From NCBI GenBank assembly GCA_964057225.1, contig OZ059895.1:682001-746000 (forward strand): DNA of 64,000 nucleotides, in the 5' to 3' direction. Shown piece after piece: positions 52,901 through 64,000 of the stretch. A program made the translations under genes and the position numbers. Origin of the DNA: Auanema rhodensis (lineage: Eukaryota > Animalia > Nematoda). Position 1 is the first letter of the stretch. Each line of letters begins with the position of its first letter. The notes under the pieces are model-generated. The model had not been told where the DNA came from. It was given only the letters and a program-made list of their open reading frames with translations, and ran no database searches.

Positions 52901-55900
52901 ATGCACTATACTACATTGAGAAACGCTTAATACAAAAATTAGTTATGATCGTTTGAAAAATGATGCATTAGTGTATGTTGAGTTTCCATGTACACTCAAC
53001 ATTGCTTCCAAAAACATTTTGACAAAAATTTTTTCGAAACATTTCAAAATAATTTAGCAAAAAGTAGATGTTTTTAGATTCCTTTTTTCAAGGCAAAGAC
53101 GATGGACAATGTTATTCAACGAAAAAATTAATTCTTCAGGGAGAAAATCGAGGATATAAGTGTGAACTTATATCAGTTGATATCTCGGTCCATTTTTAAG
53201 CTAGCGCAAATCTGATAACACAAATCGACGCAGCTTAAAAATCCGCATCGAATGCACTATACTACATTGAGAAACGCTTAATACAAAAATTAGTTATGAT
53301 CGTTTGAAAAATGATGCATTAGTGTATGTTGAGTTTCCATGTACACTCAACATTGCTTCCAAAAACATTTTGACAAAAATTTTTTCGAAACATTTCAAAA
53401 TAATTTAGCAAAAAGTAGATGTTTTTAGATTCCTTTTTTCAAGGCAAAGACGATGGACAATGTTATTCAACGAAAAAATTAATTCTTCAGGGTGAAAATC
53501 GAGGATATAAGTGTGAACTTATATCAGTTGATATCTCGGTCCATTTTTAAGCTAGCGCAAATCTGATAACACAAATCGACGCAGCTTAAAAATCCGCATC
53601 GAATGCACTATACTACATTGAGAAACGCTTAATACAAAAATTAGTTATGATCGTTTGAAAAATGATGCATTAGTGTATGTTGAGTTTCCATGTACACTCA
53701 ACATTGCTTCCAAAAACATTTTGACAAAAATTTTTTCGAAAAATTTCAAAATAATTTAGCAAAAAGTAGATGTTTTTAGATTCCTTTTTTTGAGGCAAAG
53801 ACGATGGACAATGTTATTCAACGAAAAAATTAATTCTTCAGGGTGAAAATTGAGGATATAAGTGTGAACTTATATCAGTTGATATCTCGGTGCATTTTTA
53901 AGTTAGCGCAAATCTGATAACACAGATCGACGCAGCTTAAAAATCCGCATCGAATGCACTATACTACATTGAGAAACGCTTAATACAAAAATTAGTTATG
54001 ATCGTTTGAAAAATGATGCATTAGTGTATGTTGAGTTTCCATGTACACTCAACATTGCTTCCAAAAACATTTTGACAAAAATTTTTTCGAAAAATTTCAA
54101 AATAATTTAGCAAAAAGTAGATGTTTTTAGATTCCTTTTTTTGAGGCAAAGACGATGGACAATGTTATTCAACGAAAAAATTAATTCTTCAGGGTGAAAA
54201 TCGAGGATATAAGTGTGAACTTATATCAGTTGATATCTCGGTGCATTTTTAAGTTAGCGCAAATCTGATAACACAGATCGACGCAGCTTAAAAATCCGCA
54301 TCGAATGCACTATACTACATTGAGAAACGCTTAATACAAAAATTAGTTATGATCGTTTGAAAAATGATGCATTAGTGTATGTTGAGTTTCCATGTACACT
54401 CAACATTGCTTCCAAAAACATTTTGACAAAAATTTTTTCGAAAAATTTCAAAATAATTTAGCAAAAAGTAGATGTTTTTAGATTCCTTTTTTTGAGGCAA
54501 AGACGATGGACAATGTTATTCAACGAAAAAATTAATTCTTCAGGGTGAAAATCGAGGATATAAGTGTGAACTTATATCAGTTGATATCTCGGTGCATTTT
54601 TAAGTTAGCGCAAATCTGATAACACAAATCGACGCAGCTTAAAAATCCGCATCGAATGCACTATACTACATTGAGAAACGCTTAATACAAAAATTAGTTA
54701 TGATCGTTTGAAAAATGATGCAATAGTGTATGTTGAGTTTCCATGTACACTCAACATTGCTTCCAAAAACATTTTGACAAAAATTTTTTCGAAACATTTC
54801 AAAATAATTTAGCAAAAAGTAGAAGTTTTTAGATTCCTTTTTTCAAGGCAAAGACGATGGACAATGTTATTCAACGAAAAAATTAATTCTTCAGGGAGAA
54901 AATCGAGGATATAAGTGTGAACTTATATCAGTTGATATCTCGGTGCATTTTTAAGCTAGCGCAAATCTGATAACACAAATCGACGCAGCTTAAAAATCCG
55001 CATCGAATGCACTATACTACATTGAGAAACGCTTAATACAAAAATTAGTTATGATCGTTTGAAAAATGATGCATTAGTGTATGTTGAGTTTCCATGTACA
55101 CTCAACATTGCTTCCAAAAACATTTTGACAAAAATTTTTTCGAAAAATTTCAAAATAATTTAGCAAAAAGTAGATGTTTTTAGATTCCTTTTTTTGAGGC
55201 AAAGACGATGGACAATGTTATTCAACGAAAAAATTAATTCTTCAGGGTGAAAATTGAGGATATAAGTGTGAACTTATATCAGTTGATATCTCGGTGCATT
55301 TTTAAGTTAGCGCAAATCTGATAACAGAGATCGACGCAGCTTAAAAATCCGCATCGAATGCACTATACTACATTGAGAAACGCTTAATACAAAAATTAGT
55401 TATGATCGTTTGAAAAATGATGCATTAGTGTATGTTGAGTTTCCATGTACACTCAACATTGCTTCCAAAAACATTTTGACAAAAATTTTTTCGAAACATT
55501 TCAAAATAATTTAGCAAAAAGTAGATGTTTTTAGATTCCTTTTTTTGAGGCAAAGACGATGGACAATGTTATTCAACGAAAAAATTAATTCTTCAGGGTG
55601 AAAATCGAGGATATAAGTGTGAACTTATATCAGTTGATATCTCGGTGCATTTTTAAGTTAGCGCAAATCTGATAACACAAATCGACGCAGCTTAAAAATC
55701 CGCATCGAATGCACTATACTACATTGAGAAACGCTTAATACAAAAATTAGTTATGATCGTTTGAAAAATGATGCAATAGTGTATGTTGAGTTTCCATGTA
55801 CACTCAACATTGCTTCCAAAAACATTTTGACAAAAATTTTTTCGAAACATTTCAAAATAATTTAGCAAAAAGTAGAAGTTTTTAGATTCCTTTTTTCAAG

Positions 55901-58900
55901 GCAAAGACGATGGACAATGTTATTCAACGAAAAAATTAATTCTTCAGGGAGAAAATCGAGGATATAAGTGTGAACTTATATCAGTTGATATCTCGGTGCA
56001 TTTTTAAGCTAGCGCAAATCTGATAACACAAATCGACGCAGCTTAAAAATCCGCATCGAATGCACTATACTACATTGAGAAACGCTTAATACAAAAATTA
56101 GTTATGATCGTTTGAAAAATGATGCATTAGTGTATGTTGAGTTTCCATGTACACTCAACATTGCTTCCAAAAACATTTTGACAAAAATTTTTTCGAAAAA
56201 TTTCAAAATAATTTAGCAAAAAGTAAATGTTTTTAGATTCCTTTTTTTGAGGCAAAGACGATGGACAATGTTATTCAACGAAAAAATTAATTCTTCAGGG
56301 TGAAAATTGAGGATATAAGTGTGAACTTATATCAGTTGATCTCTCGGTGCATTTTTAAGTTAGCGCAAATCTGATAACACAGATCGACGCAGCTTAAAAA
56401 TTCGGATCGAATGCACTATACTACATTGAGAAACGCTTAATACAAAAATTAGTTATGATCGTTTGAAAAATGATGCATTAGTGTATGTTGAGTTTCCATG
56501 TACACTCAACATTGCTTCCAAAAACATTTTGACAAAAATTTTTTCGAAAAATTTCAAAAAAATGTAGCAAAAAGTAGATGTTTTTAGATTCCTTTTTTCA
56601 AGGCGAAGACGATGGACAAAGTTATTCAACGAAAAAAATTGATTCTTCAGGGTGAAAATCGAGGATATAAGTGTGAACTTATATCAGTTGATATCTCGGT
56701 GCATTTTTAAGTTAGCGCAAATCTGATAACACAGATCGACGCAGCTTACAAATCCGCATCGAATGCACTATACTACATTGAGAAACGCTTAATACAAAAA
56801 TTAGTTATGATCGTTTGAAAAATGATGCATTAGTGTATGTTGAGTTTCCATGTACACTCAACATTGCTTCCAAAAACATTTTGACAAAAATTTTTTCGAA
56901 ACATTTCAAAATAATTTAGCAAAAAGTAGATGTTTTTAGATTCCTTTTTTCAAGGCAAAGACGATGGACAATGTTATTCAACGAAAAAATTAATTCTTCA
57001 GGGTGAAAATCGAGGATATAAGTGTGAACTTATATCAGTTGATATCTCGGTCCATTTTTAAGCTAGCGCAAATCTGATAACACAAATCGACGCAGCTTAA
57101 AAATCCGCATCGAATGCACTATACTACATTGAGAAACGCTTAATACAAAAATTAGTTATGATCGTTTGAAAAATGATGCATTAGTGTATGTTGAGTTTCC
57201 ATGTACACTCAACATTGCTTCCAAAAACATTTTGACAAAAATTTTTTCGAAAAATTTCAAAATAATTTAGCAAAAAGTAGATGTTTTTAGATTCCTTTTT
57301 TTGAGGCAAAGACGATGGACAATGTTATTCAACGAAAAAATTAATTCTTCAGGGTGAAAATTGAGGATATAAGTGTGAACTTATATCAGTTGATATCTCG
57401 GTGCATTTTTAAGTTAGCGCAAATCTGATAACACAGATCGACGCAGCTTAAAAATCCGCATCGAATGCACTATACTACATTGAGAAACGCTTAATACAAA
57501 AATTAGTTATGATCGTTTGAAAAATGATGCATTAGTGTATGTTGAGTTTCCATGTACACTCAACATTGCTTCCAAAAACATTTTGACAAAAATTTTTTCG
57601 AAAAATTTCAAAATAATTTAGCAAAAAGTAGATGTTTTTAGATTCCTTTTTTTGAGGCAAAGACGATGGACAATGTTATTCAACGAAAAAATTAATTCTT
57701 CAGGGTGAAAATCGAGGATATAAGTGTGAACTTATATCAGTTGATATCTCGGTGCATTTTTAAGTTAGCGCAAATCTGATAACACAAATCGACGCAGCTT
57801 AAAAATCCGCATCGAATGCACTATACTACATTGAGAAACGCTTAATACAAAAATTAGTTATGATCGTTTGAAAAATGATGCAATAGTGTATGTTGAGTTT
57901 CCATGTACACTCAACATTGCTTCCAAAAACATTTTGACAAAAATTTTTTCGAAACATTTCAAAATAATTTAGCAAAAAGTAGAAGTTTTTAGATTCCTTT
58001 TTTCAAGGCAAAGACGATGGACAATGTTATTCAACGAAAAAATTAATTCTTCAGGGAGAAAGTCGAGGATATAAGTGTGAACTTATATCAGTTGATATCT
58101 CGGTGCATTTTTAAGCTAGCGCAAATCTGATAACACAAATCGACGCAGCTTAAAAATCCGCATCGAATGCACTATACTACATTGAGAAACGCTTAATACA
58201 AAAATTAGTTATGATCGTTTGAAAAATGATGCATTAGTGTATGTTGAGTTTCCATGTACACTCAACATTGCTTCCAAAAACATTTTGACAAAAATTTTTT
58301 CGAAAAATTTCAAAATAATTTAGCAAAAAGTAGATGTTTTTAGATTCCTTTTTTTGAGGCAAAGACGATGGACAATGTTATTCAACGAAAAAATTAATTC
58401 TTCAGGGTGAAAATTGAGGATATAAGTGTGAACTTATATCAGTTGATATCTCGATGCATTTTTAAGTTAGCGCAAATCTGATAACAGAGATCGACGCAGC
58501 TTAAAAATCCGCATCGAATGCACTATACTACATTGAGAAACGCTTAATACAAAAATTAGTTATGATCGTTTGAAAAATGATGCATTAGTGTATGTTGAGT
58601 TTCCATGTACACTCAACATTGCTTCCAAAAACATTTTGACAAAAATTTTTTCGAAACATTTCAAAATAATTTAGCAAAAAGTAGATGCTTTTAGATTCCT
58701 TTTTTTGAGGCAAAGACGATGGACAATGTTATTCAACGAAAAAATTAATTCTTCAGGGTGAAAATCGAGGATATAAGTGTGAACTTATATCAGTTGATAT
58801 CTCGGTGCATTTTTAAGTTAGCGCAAATCTGATAACACAAATCGACGCAGCTTAAAAATCCGCATCGAATGCACTATACTACATTGAGAAACGCTTAATA

Positions 58901-59630
58901 CAAAAATTAGTTATGATCGTTTGAAAAATGATGCAATAGTGTATGTTGAGTTTCCATGTACACTCAACATTGCTTCCAAAAACATTTTGACAAAAATTTT
59001 TTCGAAACATTTCAAAATAATTTAGCAAAAAGTAGAAGTTTTTAGATTCCTTTTTTCAAGGCAAAGACGATGGACAATGTTATTCAACGAAAAAATTAAT
59101 TCTTCAGGGAGAAAATCGAGGATATAAGTGTGAACTTATATCAGTTGATATCTCGGTGCATTTTTAAGCTAGCGCAAATCTGATAACACAAATCGACGCA
59201 GCTTAAAAATCCGCATCGAATGCACTATACTACATTGAGAAACGCTTAATACAAAAATTAGTTATGATCGTTTGAAAAATGATGCATTAGTGTATGTTGA
59301 GTTTCCATGTACACTCAACATTGCTTCCAAAAACATTTTGACAAAAATTTTTTCGAAAAATTTCAAAATAATTTAGCAAAAAGTAAATGTTTTTAGATTC
59401 CTTTTTTTGAGGCAAAGACGATGGACAATGTTATTCAACGAAAAAATTAATTCTTCAGGGTGAAAATTGAGGATATAAGTGTGAACTTATATCAGTTGAT
59501 ATCTCGGTGCATTTTTAAGTTAGCGCAAATCTGATAACACAGATCGACGCAGCTTACAAATCCGCATCGAATGCACTATACTACATTGAGAAACGCTTGA
59601 TACAAAAATTAGTTATGATCGTTTGAAAAA

Positions 59631-59960
59631 TGATGCATTAGTGTATGTTGAGTTTCCATGTACACTCAACATTGCTTCCAAAAACATTTTGACAAAAATT
59701 TTTTCGAAAAATTTCAAAATAATTTAGCAAAAAGTAGATGTTTTTAGATTCCATTTTTCAAGGCAAAGACAAAAAATTAATTCTTCAGGGTGAAAATCGA
59801 GGATATAAGTGTGAACTTATATCAGTTGATATCTCGGTGCATTTTTAAGCTAGCGCAAATCTGATAACACAGATCGACGCAGCTTAAAAATCCGCATCGA
59901 GTGCACTATACTACATTGAGAAACGCTTAATACAAAAATTAGTTTTGATCGTTTGAAAAA
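59631..59960. repeat. 330-bp deletion monomer, copy 3
   Basis: Same junction at 59770/59771 and the same linked SNPs. Confidence 0.92.
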
Positions 59961-62900
59961 TGATGCATTAGTGTATGTTGAGTTTCCATGTACACTCAAC
60001 ATTGCTTCCAAAAACATTTTGACAAAAATTTTTTCGAAAAATTTCAAAATAATTTAGCAAAAAGTAGATGTTTTTAGATTTCTTTTTTCAAGGCAAAGAC
60101 GATGGACAATGTTATTCAACGAAAAAATTAATTCTTCAGGGTGAAAATCGAGGATATAAGTGTGAACTTATATCAGTTGATATCTCGGTGCATTTTTAAG
60201 CTAGCGCAAATCTGATAACACAGATCGACGCAGCTTAAAAATCCGCATCGAGTGCACTACACTACATTGAGAAACGCTTAATACAAAAATTAGTTATGAT
60301 CGTTTGAAAAATGATGCATTAGTGTATGTTGAGTTTCCATGTACACTCAACATTGCTTCCAAAAACATTTTGACAAAAATTTTTTCGAAAAATTTCAAAA
60401 TAATGTAGCAAAAAGTAGATGTTTTTAGATTCCTTTTTTCAAGGCGAAGACGATGGACAAAGTTATTCAACGAAAAAATTGATTCTTCAGGGTGAAAATC
60501 GAGGATATAAGTGTGAACTTATATCAGTTGATAACTCGGTGCATTTTTAAGTTAGCGCAAATCTGATAACACAGATCGACGCAGCTTAAAAATCCGCATC
60601 GAATGCACTATACTACATTAAGAAACGCTAAATACAAAAATTAGTTATGATCGTTTGAAAAATGATGCATTAGTGTATGTTGAGTTTCCATGTACACTCA
60701 ACATTGCTTCCAAAAACATTTTGACAAAAATTTTTTCGAAAAATTTCAAAATAATGTAGCAAAAAGTAGATGTTTTTAGATTCCTTTTTTTGAGGCAAAG
60801 ACGATGGACAATGTTATTCAACGAAAAAATTAATTCTTCAGGGTGAAAATCGAGGATATAAGTGTGAACTTATATCAGTTGATATCTCGGTGCATTTTTA
60901 AGTTAGCGCAAATCTGATAACACAGATCGACGCAGCTTAAAAATTCGGATCGAATGCACTATACTACATTGAGAAACGCTTAATACAAAAATTAGTTATG
61001 ATCGTTTGAAAAATGATGCATTAGTGTATGTTGAGTTTCCATGTACACTCAACATTGCTTCCAAAAACATTTTGACAAAAATTTTTTCGAAAAATTTCAA
61101 AATAATTTAGCAAAAAGTAGATGTTTTTAGATTCCATTTTTCAAGGCAAAGACAATGGACAATGTTATTCAACGAAAAAAATGATTCTTCAGGGTGAAAA
61201 TCGAGGATATAAGTGTAAACTTATATCAGTTGATATCTCGGTGCATTTTTAAGCTAGCGCAAATATGATAACACAGATCGACGCAGCTTAAAAATCCGCA
61301 TCGAATGCACTATACTACATTGAGAAACGCTTAATACAAAAATTTGTTATGATCGTTTGAAAAATGATGCATTAGTGTATGTTGAGTTTCCATGTACACT
61401 CAACATTGCTTCCAAAAACATTTTGACAAAAATTTTTTCGAAACATTTCAAAATAATTTAGCAAAAAGTAGATGTTTTTAGATTCCTTTTTTCAAGGCAA
61501 AGACGATGGACAATGTTATTCAACGAAAAAATTAATTCTTCAGGGAGAAAATCGAGGATATAAGTGTGAACTTATATCAGTTGATATCTCGGTGCATTTT
61601 TAAGTTAGCGCAAATCTGATAACACAGATCGACGCAGCTTAAAAATTCGGATCGAATGCACTATACTTCATTGAAAAACGCTTAATACAAAAATTAGTTA
61701 TGATCGTTTGAAAAATGATGCATTAGTGTATGTTGAGTTTCCATGTACACTCAACATTGCTTCCAAAAACATTTTGACAAAAAGTTTTTCGAAAAATTTC
61801 AAAATAATTTAGCAAAAAGTAGATGTTTTTAGATTTTTTTTTTCAAGGCAAAGACGATGGACAATGTTATTCAACGAAAAAATTAATTCTTCAGGGTGAA
61901 AATCGAGGATATAAGTGTGAACTTATATCAGTTGATATCTCGGTGCATTTTTAAGTTAGCGCAAATCTGATAACACAGATCGACGCAGCTTAAAAATTCG
62001 GATCGAATGCACTATACTACATTGAGAAACGCTTAATACAAAAATTAGTTATGATCGTTTGAAAAATGATGCATTAGTGTATGTTGAGTTTCCATGTACA
62101 CTCAACATTGCTTCCAAAAACATTTTGACAAAAATTTTTTCGAAAAATTTCAAAATAATTTAGCAAAAAGTAGATGTTTTTAGATTCCATTTTTCAAGGC
62201 AAAGACAATGGACAATGTTATTCAACGAAAAAAATGATTCTTCAGGGTGAAAATCGAGGATATAAGTGTGAACTTATATCAGTTGATATCTCGGTGCATT
62301 TTAAAGCTAGCGCAAATATGATAACACAGATCGACGCAGCTTAAAAATCCGCATCGAATGCACTATACTACATTGAGAAACGCTTAATACAAAAATTTGT
62401 TATGATCGTTTGAAAAATGATGCATTAGTGTATGTTGAGCTTCCATGTACACTCAACATTGCTTCCAAAAACATTTTGACAAAAATTTTTTCGAAACATT
62501 TCAAAATAATTTAGCAAAAAGTAGATGTTTTTAGATTCCTTTTTTCAAGGCAAAGACGATGGACAATGTTATTCAACGAAAAAATTAATTCTTCAGGGAG
62601 AAAATCGAGGATATAAGTGTGAACTTATATCAGTTGATATCTCGGTGCATTTTTAAGCTAGCGCAAATCTGATAACACAGATCGACGCAGCTTAAAAATC
62701 CGCATCGAGTGCACTATACTACATTGAGAAACGCTTAATACAAAAATTAGTTATGATCGTTTGAAAAATGATGCATTAGTGTATGTTGAGTTTCCATGTA
62801 CACTCAACATTGCTTCCAAAAACATTTTGACAAAAATTTTTTCGAAAAATTTCAAAATAATGTAGCAAAAAGTAGATGTTTTTAGATTCCTTTTTTCAAG

Positions 62901-64000
62901 GCGAAGACGATGGACAAAGTTATTCAACGAAAAAATTGATTCTTCAGGGTGAAAATCGAGGATATAAGTGTGAACTTATATCAGTTGATAACTCGGTGCA
63001 TTTTTAAGTTAGCGCAAATCTGATAACACAGATCGACGCAGCTTAAAAATCCGCATCGAATGCACTATACTACATTGAGAAACGCTTAATACAAAAATTA
63101 GTTATGAACGTTTGAAAAATGATGCATTAGTGTATGTTGAGTTTCCATGTACACTCAACATTGCTTCCAAAAACATTTTGACAAAAATTTTTTCGAAACA
63201 TTTCAAAATAATTTAGCAAAAAGTAGATGTTTTTAGATTTCATTTTTCAAGGCAAAGACGATAGACAATGTTATTCAACGAAAAAACTAATTCTTCAGGG
63301 TGAAAATCGAGGATATAAGTGTGAACTTATATCAGTTGATATCTCGGTGCATTTTTAAGCTAGCGCAAATATGATAACACAGATCGACGCAGCTTAAAAA
63401 TCCGCATCGAATGCACTATACTACATTGAGAAACGCTTAATACAAAAATTAGTTATGATCGTTTGAAAAATGATGCATTAGTGTATGTTGAGTTTCCATG
63501 TACACTCAACATTGCTTCCAAAAACATTTTGACAAAAATTTTTTCGAAACATTTCAAAATAATTTAGCAAAAAGTAGATGTTTTTAGATTCCTTTTTTCA
63601 AGGCAAAGACGATGGACAATGTTATTCAACGAAAAAATTAATTCTTCAGGGAGAAAATCGAGGATATAAGTGTGAACTTATATCAGTTGATATCTCGGTC
63701 CATTTTTAAGCTAGCGCAAATCTGATAACACAAATCGACGCAGCTTAAAAATCCGCATCGAATGCACTATACTACATTGAGAAACGCTTAATACAAAAAT
63801 TAGTTATGATCGTTTGAAAAATGATGCATTAGTGTATGTTGAGTTTCCATGTACACTCAACATTGCTTCCAAAAACATTTTGACAAAAATTTTTTCGAAA
63901 CATTTCAAAATAATTTAGCAAAAAGTAGATGTTTTTAGATTCCTTTTTTCAAGGCAAAGACGATGGACAATGTTATTCAACGAAAAAATTAATTCTTCAG

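Larger units (their letters stand above)
1..64000. repeat. Tandem satellite DNA array, 351-bp monomer, 182 full copies + partial, single orientation, extends beyond both window ends (heterochromatic, centromeric or subtelomeric type)
   Basis: 'tgatgcattagtgtatgttgag' recurs at 1, 352, 703 ... 3511, 7021, 18604 with an exact 351-bp period. Tracking all indels (net -61 bp) puts copy 183 at 63822. No non-repeat sequence was seen anywhere. Confidence 0.99.
44227..64000. repeat. Satellite subfamily domain E (330-bp deletion copies; 'cgaaaCattt', 'aattcGGatcg', 'ttttTGaggc', 'cttAataC' variants)
   Basis: cgaaaCattt, aattcGGatcg and ttttTGaggc first appear at about 47.7-48.5 kb. cttaatac becomes nearly fixed from there to the end of the window. 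Confidence 0.75.

Noticed and set aside
1-64000. CRISPR array or other repeat-spacer system
   Set aside because: The sequence between palindromes is as conserved as the palindromes themselves. There are no unique spacers, leader or associated genes.
1-64000. A single regular higher-order repeat, or an information-bearing code in the variant order
   Set aside because: Offsets vary (3, 4, 5, 7, 8, 17, 37 monomers) and each recurs only a few times. Nested duplication and conversion explain the pattern.

Overview
The whole 64 kb window is one uninterrupted head-to-tail satellite DNA array. It has a 351-bp, AT-rich monomer (about 32% GC by hand count of copy 1), with 182 complete copies plus a 179-bp partial copy, and it runs off both ends of the window. 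I see no genes, RNA genes, CRISPR array or transposon insertions. The three 65-aa ORFs arise by chance from one SNP in a variant monomer. Copies differ by only a few substitutions, and 15 copies carry indels (+2 twice, +1 four times, -1 six times, -21 three times). Diagnostic variants show sequential subfamily domains and many local and long-range block duplications at offsets of 3, 4, 5, 7, 8, 17 and 37 monomers. This is irregular, incipient higher-order structure rather than one fixed higher-order repeat (HOR). The monomer is rich in dyad symmetry: two perfect 9-bp inverted repeats whose centres are exactly half a monomer apart (175/176 bp), an A/T-tract palindrome and a ~67-bp imperfect hairpin. 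CpG is not depleted, which fits a eukaryote with little CpG methylation of repeats (for example an insect or nematode; this is inference). I cannot name the family or species, and I cannot support a new gene-based system here. The items of interest are structural and evolutionary.
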